From positions 32,001 through 96,000 of IMG/VR virus record IMGVR_UViG_3300020151_001495: a DNA stretch of 64,000 nucleotides; one strand, 5' to 3'. Below, one piece after another: positions 27,905 through 36,763 of this stretch. The position numbers and the translations under genes are program-made. The stretch is from a virus (taxonomy: Duplodnaviria; Caudoviricetes). Numbering within the stretch: position 1 is the first letter of the stretch; each line of letters starts with the position of its first letter. The notes under the pieces were generated by a model. It worked only from the letters and a program-made list of their open reading frames with translations, was not told the origin of the DNA and did not search any database.

Positions 27905-28074
27905 TATTCCACAATATCGTTGAAATAACCTTCTTCGATTGCGTCGGATAATACTTGAGTTATCAATTGTTCTACTGTAACTCCTCTAGCTTCTGCTAGA
28001 GCATGAGCAATTTTAGCAGTCTCATCATCTAGTTCAATTTCAAGTTCTTCAGTTTTTTCAGAATTAGTTGTCAT
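27904..28074 (-). CDS. Small hypothetical protein, ribbon-helix-helix-like (56 aa)
   Basis: LEIELDDETAKIAHALAEARGVTVEQLITQVL pattern. Confidence 0.55.
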   Translation of the reverse strand: MTTNSEKTEELEIELDDETAKIAHALAEARGVTVEQLITQVLSDAIEEGYFNDIVE

Positions 28075-28095
28075 AAAAAATTAATTTATAAACAA

Positions 28096-28182
28096 TGGAA
28101 AGAGAGGGATTCGAACCCTCGATAGAGTTGCCCCTATACAGACTTTCCAGGTCTGCTCCTTAAACCACTCGGACATCTTTCC
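28096..28182 (-). tRNA. tRNA-Ser(GGA)
   Basis: CAGAC-CT-GGA-AA-GTCTG anticodon arm, long variable arm. Confidence 0.93.
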
Positions 28183-28373
28183 TAGAAAGGAGAATCTTCG
28201 TATCCAGGAGGATACTCATTCTCCGAATCGTAACATGGATTTATGCATGGAGCATCTACTTTACGATATTGGCAAACTCGTTGGGCAAGAAATTCTAAAG
28301 TTCCTGGCTTTCCATGAGAAAACTTTGCCATACCATCTTCAATACATACCTCACATGCAGGACATTTTTCCAT
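28182..28373 (-). CDS. Small Cys-rich hypothetical protein
   Basis: CPAC..FSHGKPG..LAQRVCQY..CIN. Confidence 0.7.
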   Translation of the reverse strand: MEKCPACEVCIEDGMAKFSHGKPGTLEFLAQRVCQYRKVDAPCINPCYDSENEYPPGYEDSPF

Positions 28374-28396
28374 GTTACTTCTGGTATAGAATGATA

Positions 28397-28552
28397 TTAT
28401 TTAGTCTCATTCTGATACTTTCGTTTTAATTCATTGACAATGATTAATGATTTTTTTAATCCTAATGCATAATCATTATGTCCATATTTTATAGAAATTT
28501 GAACACTGTGTTGAACTCTTTCTACAAATTCTTTATAAAAATTTTCATTCAT
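28397..28552 (-). CDS. Small hypothetical protein (51 aa)
   Basis: MNENFYKEFVERVQHSV...; fills the gap in the operon. Confidence 0.5.
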   Translation of the reverse strand: MNENFYKEFVERVQHSVQISIKYGHNDYALGLKKSLIIVNELKRKYQNETK

Positions 28553-28775
28553 TTTGAATTGATCTTGCGTCTAGTTGTCGAATTTTATAAAGAGGACTCC
28601 TCATGTATTTTTTAATTCGTTTGAGTTCTTTGTGTAGTTGTTTTAAATTTTCTAGATCTTGTCTAATCTCAGCAGGAGATTTAATTTTATCCTCATTTAA
28701 ACTAAGTTCTGGAGTAAGAACAGTTTCCTCATCTAAAACTTCAGTAGATTCTACATCAATAATTTGTTCTTCCAT
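28545..28775 (-). CDS. Hypothetical protein
   Basis: ORF downstream of an early promoter (TTGACA-N17-TACTAT). Confidence 0.6.
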   Translation of the reverse strand: MEEQIIDVESTEVLDEETVLTPELSLNEDKIKSPAEIRQDLENLKQLHKELKRIKKYMRSPLYKIRQLDARSIQNE

Positions 28776-28824
28776 ATACTATGAATTAATGTAAACTATA
28801 TAGTAGCACATAATCATTCGGTTG

Positions 28825-29232
28825 TCAAGTCAAGTACCGAATATCATCAATAAATCCTGCATCCAGTGCATTTTGTAACATCAAATCGGAAGAACTTCCT
28901 GGCTTTGGTTGTGCAGAAAAATAGATTACAAAATAAGCATCTGGATTCATAGATTTCAATAAAGCCCCATTTGCGATAGCTTTTTTAACACTGTCGGTAC
29001 GTTGGGCTCCTGGTCGTTTTTTATCGCCAGAAAGTCCACCTTTTACTTCGATGTATTCAGTGATTAGACCATCCGTTGCTACGAAGTCAACGTCAATACC
29101 AATAGAGTCAAATTTAAAATTTTTATGTAGAATTGATTTTCTAGAATCACGTAGATGTTCCTCTACTAGATTCTCAAATTGAATTCCAGTTTTTCTACTT
29201 TCTGATTGAAAATTAATTTGCATTGTATTCAT
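28825..29232 (-). CDS. PD-(D/E)XK restriction-like endonuclease
   Basis: G.QFE, IDVDFVA, YIEVKGG, RTDSVKKAIANG motifs. Confidence 0.75.
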   Translation of the reverse strand: MNTMQINFQSESRKTGIQFENLVEEHLRDSRKSILHKNFKFDSIGIDVDFVATDGLITEYIEVKGGLSGDKKRPGAQRTDSVKKAIANGALLKSMNPDAYFVIYFSAQPKPGSSSDLMLQNALDAGFIDDIRYLT

Positions 29233-29243
29233 TCATAGATAAT

Positions 29244-29288
29244 AAAAAACCACCTACTTATTATAGGTGGTTTGAAGGGATTTGTCAA
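29244..29288 (-). terminator. psbA terminator overlapping an early promoter
   Basis: Hairpin AAACCACCTA/TAGGTGGTTT plus U-tract; TTGACA(29288-83)-N17-TATAAT(29265-60). Confidence 0.7.
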
Positions 29289-29293
29289 GTACC

Positions 29294-30373
29294 TCAGCCG
29301 ATGGCTGGTGCTTTGAGAGCAACAGGAGTTGCTTCAGCAGTAGCAAGGTCCAGAGGGAAGTTGTGAGCGTTGCGCTCGTGCATCACTTCAAAACCGAGGT
29401 TAGCACGGTTGAGGATGTCTGCCCAGGTGTTGACCACACGACCACTGCTATCGAGCAGGGACTGGTTAAAGTTAAAGCCGTTGAGGTTGAATGCCATGGT
29501 GCTAACACCAAGTGCAGCAAACCAAATGCCAACTACAGGCCAAGCAGCAAGGAAGAAGTGTAGTGAACGTGAGTTATTAAAGGAAGCATATTGGAAGATA
29601 AGGCGACCAAAATAACCGTGTGCAGCTACGATGTTGTATGTTTCTTCTTCTTGTCCAAACTTGTATCCATAGTTTTGGGATTCGTTTTCAGTAGTCTCAC
29701 GAACGAGTGAAGACGTAACCAGACTTCCGTGCATAGCACTAAAGAGGCTGCCACCAAATACCCCAGCCACACCGAGCATATGGAAAGGATGCATGAGAAT
29801 GTTGTGTTCTGCTTGGAAGACGAGCATGTAGTTGAACGTGCCTGAGATTCCGAGAGGCATTGCATCACTGAAGGAACCTTGACCGAAAGGATAAACAAGG
29901 AACACTGCAGAAGCAGCGGCAACAGGAGCACTATAAGCAACGCAGATCCAAGGACGCATACCCAGACGGTAGGAGAGTTCCCACTCACGACCCATGTAAG
30001 CATAGATACCAATTAGAAAATGGAATACGACCAATTGGAATGGTCCACCATTATATAGCCACTCATCAAGTGAGTTTGCTTCCCAGATGGGATAAAAGTG
30101 AAGTCCAATAGCATTGGAACTAGGGACAACAGCACCAGAGATGATGTTGTTTCCATACATAAGTGAACCAGCTACAGGTTCACGAATCCCGTCGATATCA
30201 ACTGGGGGTGCAGCTACGAAAGCAACAATGAAACAGATAGTAGCAGCGAGAAGGGTAGGAATCATTAGAGTTCCAAACCAACCGACATAAAGACGGTTAT
30301 CGGTAGAAGTTACCCACTCACAGAATTGTTCCCAAGTGTTACTCCCACGCTGTTGAGCGATGGATGCGGTCAT
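29294..30373 (-). CDS. psbA: Photosystem II D1 protein (no intron; Glu130 high-light type)
   Basis: [46 protein letters not shown]. Confidence 0.99.
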   Translation of the reverse strand: MTASIAQQRGSNTWEQFCEWVTSTDNRLYVGWFGTLMIPTLLAATICFIVAFVAAPPVDIDGIREPVAGSLMYGNNIISGAVVPSSNAIGLHFYPIWEANSLDEWLYNGGPFQLVVFHFLIGIYAYMGREWELSYRLGMRPWICVAYSAPVAAASAVFLVYPFGQGSFSDAMPLGISGTFNYMLVFQAEHNILMHPFHMLGVAGVFGGSLFSAMHGSLVTSSLVRETTENESQNYGYKFGQEEETYNIVAAHGYFGRLIFQYASFNNSRSLHFFLAAWPVVGIWFAALGVSTMAFNLNGFNFNQSLLDSSGRVVNTWADILNRANLGFEVMHERNAHNFPLDLATAEATPVALKAPAIG

Positions 30374-30441
30374 AGTTTTAAAAGAACGTAAAGGTTTATG
30401 CATGTTTATTAAGAAATGTTTCATTCCTTAATAACCTATTT

Positions 30442-30470
30442 ATGGTAACACAAGATACGAAGTCTGTCAA
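30442..30470 (-). promoter_or_regulatory. psbA early promoter with overlapping late promoter
   Basis: TTGACA-N17-TACCAT running directly into CATAAATA. Confidence 0.75.
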
Positions 30471-30510
30471 GGGGGGTTTGCCTAAATATAATTGAGTTGA
30501 AAAATTGTGC

Positions 30511-30675
30511 ATGTATAGGTTTAACTCAGACGACATAAATTATTTAATTTTAGCATGTAATGCTTATCAAGAAAAAACTGGTTCTGATGAAATGTGGGAT
30601 GTTTTTAGTGATATGAAAGAAAAATTATATATCTACATGGAGCAGAATCTATATGGACGAGAGAAGGACATTTAA
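30511..30675 (+). CDS. Small cyanophage hypothetical protein (54 aa)
   Basis: MYRFNSDDINYLILACNAYQEKTGSDEMWD. Confidence 0.65.
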   Translation: MYRFNSDDINYLILACNAYQEKTGSDEMWDVFSDMKEKLYIYMEQNLYGREKDI

Positions 30676-30847
30676 TACTCCTATCAGAGAACCTTGGAAT
30701 GCTCCGATCCATCAGATATTAAAAGCTATAGATAATCATACAAGAGAATATCTAAAGACTGAAGATCCTTGGCATGAAGAAAAGGCTAATATGTTGAGAG
30801 CATATTTGCACGAATTAAAAACTTGGATTCATAAAAATGAAACTTAA
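30653..30847 (+). CDS. Conserved cyanophage hypothetical protein
   Basis: FNTPIREPWNAPIHQILKAIDNH..WHEEKA..LR.YL.ELK.WI. Confidence 0.75.
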   Translation: MDERRTFNTPIREPWNAPIHQILKAIDNHTREYLKTEDPWHEEKANMLRAYLHELKTWIHKNET

Positions 30848-31121
30848 ATTTCCAACACTAGATAATATAGTTCCTGTTATGGTTGCATTTGTAGCAACAG
30901 CAATTGTTGGAATGACATTTACCAACTATGTCATTTGTAATTTTAAAGTAATGACTAGTTTACATTATTTGTATCTCGTAAAAGCATTTGATAAAAGTGG
31001 AGCCAAGCCACCAAGTAAATGTGACGACAATACATCAGAATCTATTCAAACACTGATGTCTTTATTAGCAACTATCATTGCACTCAAAGCAGATTTAAAG
31101 AATAAAAAAGAAAATGAATGA
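30837..31121 (+). CDS. Membrane protein with two hydrophobic segments (possibly lysis-related)
   Basis: Two hydrophobic segments and two Cys; late operon converging on the lysozyme gene. Confidence 0.55.
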   Translation: MKLKFPTLDNIVPVMVAFVATAIVGMTFTNYVICNFKVMTSLHYLYLVKAFDKSGAKPPSKCDDNTSESIQTLMSLLATIIALKADLKNKKENE

Positions 31122-31239
31122 ATTTCCATGGGGAGTCGCAATAGGACTCGGAATAGTTTTAGTAGGAACTTTAGCTTGTATAATTTACATAATAATGTTA
31201 GACTACCTAGAAAGTAAAGATGAAAACCCTAAGCATTGA
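31114..31239 (+). CDS. Small membrane protein (41 aa)
   Basis: MNEFPWGVAIGLGIVLVGTLACIIYIIMLDY. Confidence 0.6.
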   Translation: MNEFPWGVAIGLGIVLVGTLACIIYIIMLDYLESKDENPKH

Positions 31240-31384
31240 ATTATTAATTATAATAAGATTAATAACTAATGATGGAATATTTTTAGAAAATAGAAGACCT
31301 CTGCCGAAAAGACAATCGACAGAGGTTTCTCGTTTTATAAAAAGACCCGCAAAAAAAGGAAGGAAATTATTTTATCTTATATAA
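31220..31384 (+). CDS. Small basic hypothetical protein (54 aa)
   Basis: MKTLSIELLIIIRLITNDGIFLENRRPLPKRQ. Confidence 0.5.
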   Translation: MKTLSIELLIIIRLITNDGIFLENRRPLPKRQSTEVSRFIKRPAKKGRKLFYLI

Positions 31385-31999
31385 TCCAGAATCCCACAAT
31401 GCACCCTCCGCTCTACGTCTTCTAGCAAGTCCTTTCTCTACACTGGATCCTGGATTACGATATCGATAAAGTGCCTCAGGAATCATATGCCAAGACTTTT
31501 CCTTTAGTGTTTTTGTTATGGTAGCAAATCTATCTGAACCATAAAAATTAGCCCCAAGATTATATGCAAATGAAAGTAATGCTCCACGCATCTCATCATT
31601 CATTTCATTCCAGTATGGAATCTTAGTGAGTGGTGGCATAAACTGATTTCTCAATTGATACTCAAGCAATTCATCTGCTTGTTGTTGAGTAATTTTATCT
31701 GTAATTTTGAATGGTTTACCATTTAAATCTTTTGTACTTCCCCATCCGATTGTAATAGGAAGTCCACCAGTAAGAGAATCATAATATCCACTTAAATGAC
31801 ATCCTTCAAACTCTTTAATCAATTTAATTCCAACCTGAGGAACTACACTGGAATCTACAGATTTATATTCATTTCTAAATTTTTTAGCAAATTCTTCTAA
31901 TACTTTAGGTGAAGTATTTTGCTGGAGATATTCCCATGCATCCATTTGATGCATATATCCTTCAGTGTGTTTCGCAGCATCAGTTAATTTTATAGACAT
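31367..31999 (-). CDS. GH24 lysozyme (endolysin)
   Basis: LIKEFEGC...D.....TIGWGST, ALLSFAYNLG, GLARRRRAEG. Confidence 0.92.
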   Translation of the reverse strand: MSIKLTDAAKHTEGYMHQMDAWEYLQQNTSPKVLEEFAKKFRNEYKSVDSSVVPQVGIKLIKEFEGCHLSGYYDSLTGGLPITIGWGSTKDLNGKPFKITDKITQQQADELLEYQLRNQFMPPLTKIPYWNEMNDEMRGALLSFAYNLGANFYGSDRFATITKTLKEKSWHMIPEALYRYRNPGSSVEKGLARRRRAEGALWDSGLYKIK

Positions 32000-32023
32000 A
32001 AAAAAAGGAGGTATTGAACCTCC
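32000..32023 (-). terminator. Intrinsic terminator after hli
   Basis: GGAGGT-TCAAT-ACCTCC-TTTTTT. Confidence 0.75.
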
Positions 32024-32037
32024 TGTATTTATTCAGT

Positions 32038-32157
32038 TCACCAAACTCCAGGAATAATTTGTCCTGTAGTAAAATAAGTGCCGATTGCAACTACAAATCC
32101 TAACATAGCGAGGCGACCATTAAGAGTCTCAGCCTCGGGGGTAAATCCAAATTTCAT
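32038..32157 (-). CDS. hli: High-light inducible protein
   Basis: MKFGFTPEAETLNGRLAMLGFVVAIGTYFTTGQIIPGVW. Confidence 0.95.
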   Translation of the reverse strand: MKFGFTPEAETLNGRLAMLGFVVAIGTYFTTGQIIPGVW

Positions 32158-32172
32158 GATAGTTCTCCTAGA

Positions 32173-32466
32173 TTAAAGGTTTTCTTCTTGTTCAGTAAGG
32201 ATGACGCAATCACTGGTGGGATATGCAACACAAGTTAGAACCCAGCCAGCTTCCATTTGCTCATCGTCAAGGAACGATTGTTCTTCATTATCTACAGTGC
32301 CGCTAATCAGTTTACCAGCACAAGCAGAGCAAGCACCAGCACGACAAGATGAGGGAAGATCTACGCCAGCGAATTCAGCAGCGTCAAGGATGTATTGGTC
32401 ATCAGGGCACTGAATAATTTGTTCGGTGCCATCGGGGGATTGAAGTGTAACGTTAAAAGTAGTCAT
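32173..32466 (-). CDS. petF: Plant-type 2Fe-2S ferredoxin
   Basis: [30 protein letters not shown]. Confidence 0.97.
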   Translation of the reverse strand: MTTFNVTLQSPDGTEQIIQCPDDQYILDAAEFAGVDLPSSCRAGACSACAGKLISGTVDNEEQSFLDDEQMEAGWVLTCVAYPTSDCVILTEQEENL

Positions 32467-32552
32467 TAGTAAGTTTCACAAAGTTTTTCTACGGAATATG
32501 CCAGCAGCACTAGGAAGCTGACTCCAGTAATTGTAAACAAAAGTTCAGTCAT
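32466..32552 (-). CDS. 28-aa membrane micro-protein
   Basis: [28 protein letters not shown]; its stop overlaps the petF start. Confidence 0.55.
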   Translation of the reverse strand: MTELLFTITGVSFLVLLAYSVEKLCETY

Positions 32553-32565
32553 TGTCAATCAATTG

Positions 32566-32760
32566 TCAGAAGATCCCGAAGAAGAGCTTGCCAGTGCTAG
32601 CATAAGAAATGATCCCAGCAATAATACCGACCATAGCCCAGCGTCCATTATATTTCTCCTTTACTTGGTTGGGGGTGTCCATACCGTAGTTTTCATAATA
32701 CATCGTGGGTTCTTTCGCCCACATATTCTGTTGCCCACGATCATTTGTTGTTACAGTCAT
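32566..32760 (-). CDS. hli: High-light inducible protein (long form)
   Basis: MTVTTNDRGQQNMWAKEP..EKYNGRWAMVG. Confidence 0.92.
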   Translation of the reverse strand: MTVTTNDRGQQNMWAKEPTMYYENYGMDTPNQVKEKYNGRWAMVGIIAGIISYASTGKLFFGIF

Positions 32761-32787
32761 TATAGATTCATTAAGAATTATTACATT

Positions 32788-32816
32788 ATTATATATGAGA
32801 AAGGGGGATTTGTCAA
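32788..32816 (-). promoter_or_regulatory. Early promoter of the hli-petF-hli operon
   Basis: TTGACA-N17-TATAAT. Confidence 0.85.
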
Positions 32817-32845
32817 CCCCCCTATTGTTAAAATTTCCTGACCTA

Positions 32846-34321
32846 TCAGAAGGTGAACTTCGTCTGGATAACTCCACCCCACTTGGAGGCATTATCATTC
32901 AGGCGTTGGATATCACTTGCATAGAAGATTGCAGGAGTGATGCTGATATTGTCAGACACCTGATACTTGTAGAAAATTTCAAGCATCGTTGCTTTCTCAA
33001 GATCTTCACCAGTGGGTGCTTGACCTACAGCAACACCAGCGGAGTTGCCCTTGGCAAATACATCAGACCACTGAAGACCTGCCATCCAGGATTGACTGTC
33101 GGTAGCATCACTTTGAATGCCACTTACAGTGTTCCAACCGTAACCAGCAGAGATGGAAGGAACCCAACCAGACTGCTTAGGTTGCCAGTATGCGTTGATG
33201 GAGTAACCATTAGAGGTTTGACCAGGAACCAGAGTACCTGAAGCACCGTTCAGACCATTGTAGGTGCGAACACGAGTGCCTTCAGTACCATAACGGTAAC
33301 CAGCACCGATACCCCAGTTTTGACCACGATAACCGATTTGTGCCATCGTGTTCAGAGCACCAGTCTCATCAAATACACCAGTTTCACTATTGTCACCATC
33401 TTGGGCAACATAGTTTACACCAGCAACGAAACCTTGCTTACCTTTTTGCTTCCACATAGCACCGAAACCAGCACCAGTTGCCTTGTTATAGACACCAGGA
33501 GCACCAGCAACAGCGAAGAAGTCAAGAACTTCAGACTTATATGCTGAAGGAACCCATGCCATTTCGGTGTTACGAACCTTAGCACCAACAGTCAGAGTAG
33601 TGCTGTTGTTGAATGCAGGGAAGGAATAGTACAGACGGTCAAGTACTACGTTATCACCATTTTCGCTGGAGAAGTTGTCTGCCTTATCCAGTTTGAACAG
33701 GGAAGAAGAGGAACCAAAGGGATCAGAACTGAAGTTAGAAGAACGCAGACGGGTACGGAGCAAGTCCTTACCAGTGAACGAAGTATCAAAGTTCAGACGA
33801 ACATCATAGTTGAAAGCAGTGCGAGTGCTTACATCATCTTTGGTATCATAACCAGGAACACCACCAAGAACGAAGGTTGCTTCACCACGGAGTTTAGTGG
33901 TGGTGGAGAACTGAGTTGCCTCAAGTTCACCAACCTTTGCTTCCAGACCATCAACACGACCACGAAGAACAGCAAGTTCTTGTGCAAATTCTGCTTGAAG
34001 ACGCTTGAGTTCGTCGGTAACTTCGGTTACACGATCAAGACAAGCATTTAGAAGAGCAGCTGCTTCAAAACGAGTCATTGCCTGACCACCAACAAAGGTG
34101 CCATTAGGATAACCAGCAACGCAACCATAACGCTCTACAAGGTTACTGAGTGCCTGATATGCCCAATCAGTTGGCTTCACATCAGAGAACTGAGTGACAC
34201 TTGCGACCTGTTCTGCAGAAGCATATTGATTAACTCCTTCCATATTAAGGTCAGCTGCATTCACAGCAGGAGTAATCAAACCCAGTGCAACAGGTGCAAG
34301 AATTAAATGATTAATTTTCAT
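32846..34321 (-). CDS. Cyanobacterial SLH-domain outer-membrane porin (SomA/B, OprB family)
   Basis: Signal peptide; FSDVKPTDWAYQALSNLVERYGCVAGYP (SLH domain); coiled coil; QFSTTTKL; C-terminal TKFTF. Confidence 0.93.
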   Translation of the reverse strand: MKINHLILAPVALGLITPAVNAADLNMEGVNQYASAEQVASVTQFSDVKPTDWAYQALSNLVERYGCVAGYPNGTFVGGQAMTRFEAAALLNACLDRVTEVTDELKRLQAEFAQELAVLRGRVDGLEAKVGELEATQFSTTTKLRGEATFVLGGVPGYDTKDDVSTRTAFNYDVRLNFDTSFTGKDLLRTRLRSSNFSSDPFGSSSSLFKLDKADNFSSENGDNVVLDRLYYSFPAFNNSTTLTVGAKVRNTEMAWVPSAYKSEVLDFFAVAGAPGVYNKATGAGFGAMWKQKGKQGFVAGVNYVAQDGDNSETGVFDETGALNTMAQIGYRGQNWGIGAGYRYGTEGTRVRTYNGLNGASGTLVPGQTSNGYSINAYWQPKQSGWVPSISAGYGWNTVSGIQSDATDSQSWMAGLQWSDVFAKGNSAGVAVGQAPTGEDLEKATMLEIFYKYQVSDNISITPAIFYASDIQRLNDNASKWGGVIQTKFTF

Positions 34322-34396
34322 ATTGTGTAAAGAATTACAACTACAGATTTTATTTATATTGTTAGAAACCGTAATAATGTTCGGTTCCTCCCCAAT

Positions 34397-34425
34397 ATTA
34401 TAGGGTAACGGGTGGGAGTTGTCAA
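34397..34425 (-). promoter_or_regulatory. Early promoter of the porin gene
   Basis: TTGACA-N17-TATAAT. Confidence 0.8.
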
Positions 34426-34431
34426 CCCCCT

Positions 34432-34590
34432 TTGCAGGCTCGCCACCAATTTTGATTACGAGAAAATTGGAAACTCGGCGGGAGTATCCTCCACATCCGC
34501 ACCAGTCGGCATATTTTATGTCCATCCGACGAGGACTATTTGGGTCATATTGACTCCACCAGGGTATTTTTTAAGTCATTCCAAGACTTC
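34432..34590 (-). ncRNA. Multi-pseudoknot structured RNA (resembles cyanophage manA/wcaG motifs)
   Basis: Three consecutive stem/A-rich/pseudoknot modules, each followed by TGG(T/C)G. Confidence 0.6.
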
Positions 34591-34773
34591 TAAATCTTTG
34601 TATATTTGCCAAATATACTGTTTGTGTTCTTGAAGTTTCTGAATCGTTTCGTGAAGTTTAGTATAATTTTTTAAATCCATTTGGGATTGGACTTGTTTAA
34701 GTGTGGTAATCACATTTTCAATTTCAGCACAAACTTTTGATAACTTTAAAGAACAGTAAATTGAATTGTCCAT
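34576..34773 (-). CDS. Coiled-coil hypothetical protein
   Basis: ORF track; heptad pattern. Confidence 0.55.
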   Translation of the reverse strand: MDNSIYCSLKLSKVCAEIENVITTLKQVQSQMDLKNYTKLHETIQKLQEHKQYIWQIYKDLEVLE

Positions 34774-34832
34774 TTGTTTAAAAAGGGGGTTGCTCCCGAC
34801 CAGGGTTTTTAACGTCTCTCCATGACGAAATA

Positions 34833-35273
34833 TTAGGGTTCTAAAATTGTTTCGTCAACAACTTCTTCAGTTTCTTCTTCAACGGATTCTACTACTTCGG
34901 AAATAGTAGGTGCATTACTTACATTCCAATTGACAGAAACACTATCCTCTAGTTGTAATGCATCAATTCTATCTTGAATATTAGAAACAGAATACTTTAC
35001 ATAGGAGAACTCTTCAATAGAATCAACTTTTTCATTTGCTAAAAGCCACTCAACAATAGTATCTTGAGTGATCTCATCAAAAGGAATAAATGATTCTGAA
35101 TCTAATTCCGAAATATTAAATGGAATAGTTCCTCCACAAGTATAAGTAAATTGTGGATATTCTTCTGAAGCAGCACTAACACCAACTGTAACTTCGTAAA
35201 CTACATTAGTAAGATCGCCAACAGAAAGTTTCCGATTTAAATTTCCAATACTTAAATTGTAATTAATAGCCAT
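34833..35273 (-). CDS. Acidic hypothetical protein
   Basis: LTNVVYEV..FIPFDEITQDTIVEWL motif seen in phage tail-associated proteins. Confidence 0.6.
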   Translation of the reverse strand: MAINYNLSIGNLNRKLSVGDLTNVVYEVTVGVSAASEEYPQFTYTCGGTIPFNISELDSESFIPFDEITQDTIVEWLLANEKVDSIEEFSYVKYSVSNIQDRIDALQLEDSVSVNWNVSNAPTISEVVESVEEETEEVVDETILEP

Positions 35274-35376
35274 AGTAATCTTGATTATTTGCTCTATAAT
35301 ATTTAGATTCAAAATAACTAAGCATTTTTTGAATCCTATTGCTTAGCATATCACATGTGGATTGGGTTGTCAAGTA

Positions 35377-36048
35377 TCAAATGATGACCATCTTTTCATG
35401 ACCAACCCTGCAAGTGGGATCCATCCAGATGTCAAATCCTACATCCTTTGCATCATGACAGAATGATACATCTTCGGAACATACATCCTGAACATTCTCA
35501 TCAATGTACATTAGTTTTGGTGCAAACCAGGGATATTCAAGTTTCTCAAATACTCCTCGTTTAATTAGAACCCAACCAAATCCAATATAATCTACTTTAA
35601 TTGGATCTGTTTTTTCTGCCATATCTTCAGTTGTTAAAAATTGATACGTGCCATGTTTTTTGAAATATTCATCATCCATGCTCTGAACAACTGGAGTGTA
35701 CATTCCACCAGAAACAGCACCTCCAGGTTGTGCGTACCAACCAGAAGCAATTGGTTTATTCATATCAAATAATTTCTGAAACATCTCGTTATTAAATCGA
35801 ATGTCAGAATCAATCCACATCATATAATCATAATGTATTCCATCAAATGGTTTTTGATTTTTACCTTTACTTACATCTGCGCCAGCACATTTACATCGTG
35901 CATAATTTACCATGCTAGAATACTGCTGGGAAATTTTAAAAGAAGCTCCTTGTTGAGAAACATATGATAGCAGTTCGATAAAATTTATCATGAAGTTACC
36001 ACTATATGTTCTGCCTGGTAAACAAAAAATGATAGTTTTACCCTTCAT
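35377..36048 (-). CDS. Glycosyltransferase family 2-like protein
   Basis: FCLPG, YDYMMWIDSDI (DxD), GFGWVLIKRGVFE, SEDVSFC, VGHEK. Confidence 0.82.
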   Translation of the reverse strand: MKGKTIIFCLPGRTYSGNFMINFIELLSYVSQQGASFKISQQYSSMVNYARCKCAGADVSKGKNQKPFDGIHYDYMMWIDSDIRFNNEMFQKLFDMNKPIASGWYAQPGGAVSGGMYTPVVQSMDDEYFKKHGTYQFLTTEDMAEKTDPIKVDYIGFGWVLIKRGVFEKLEYPWFAPKLMYIDENVQDVCSEDVSFCHDAKDVGFDIWMDPTCRVGHEKMVII

Positions 36049-36262
36049 GCTGGGTTCGATCTTTAGGCTTGGGCTTGTTACATTCATTGCAATAAAATGA
36101 AAATCCAGATTTAAAATATTTTACCACTTGAAAGTGATCTTTGTCAAGAGGTAGTTCAGTGTCGCATCTAGAACAGGTTCTAGTCCCACCACCAACAAAG
36201 GTTTTCGAGGGTGTTGATGAACTGTTCGTGATAGACAGTGCGGCTAGGATTCGGTTTACCAT
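36038..36262 (-). CDS. Zinc-finger hypothetical protein (start uncertain)
   Basis: CSRC...YCNEC. Confidence 0.5.
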   Translation of the reverse strand: MVNRILAALSITNSSSTPSKTFVGGGTRTCSRCDTELPLDKDHFQVVKYFKSGFSFYCNECNKPKPKDRTQHEG

Positions 36263-36761
36263 CTTTCATGTCATGTAGATACTGTATTATACCACGAACC
36301 ACGGGGGTGTCCTGGAAGTATTCGTGCATTCGGTAACAATTGAATTTCTCATTGTATTCGACGAATCCATGAAGCGGTGCCATGTTGCGACGATGAGCAC
36401 GGATGAATACATCTTCATCCTTGATACCATTCTTGTTACGAATGTCAAGTGGAGTATATTTTTCACCATCATATTCTTCATCAAGTTCTTCTGATTCACC
36501 AAATACAAAGTGAAGGTCTTCGTAATACTTTTCCATCAACTCTAAGTCTGGTGCTACACGAATATCCTCATTCTCTTCCAGATAATAATCCATTCTGCGT
36601 TTTGCATCTGGGTCTGTCAGACGAAATACAATGTTACCAACGTAATAGTTTACTGGACCACCATAAAGATGGGATGATTCTCTCTTACGAAAAGAGAGGT
36701 GGATTATTTCAAATCCAGCCTCTTCGTTTTCTTCCATTACTAAACCTTGTGAAATGCTCAT
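36180..36761 (-). CDS. Conserved cyanophage hypothetical protein
   Basis: 193-aa ORF ending in LENLCWWWD. Confidence 0.7.
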   Translation of the reverse strand: MSISQGLVMEENEEAGFEIIHLSFRKRESSHLYGGPVNYYVGNIVFRLTDPDAKRRMDYYLEENEDIRVAPDLELMEKYYEDLHFVFGESEELDEEYDGEKYTPLDIRNKNGIKDEDVFIRAHRRNMAPLHGFVEYNEKFNCYRMHEYFQDTPVVRGIIQYLHDMKDGKPNPSRTVYHEQFINTLENLCWWWD

Positions 36762-36763
36762 AA

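Noticed and set aside
29294-30373. Intron in psbA; inteins in gp43, gp41 or nrdA
   Set aside because: All are continuous ORFs of normal length.
36038-36262. Possible frameshift fusion of the zinc-finger ORF to the upstream WWWD-ending gene
   Set aside because: There is no start codon near the domain, but there is also no slippery heptamer. The ATG at 36262 could serve, so the evidence is insufficient.
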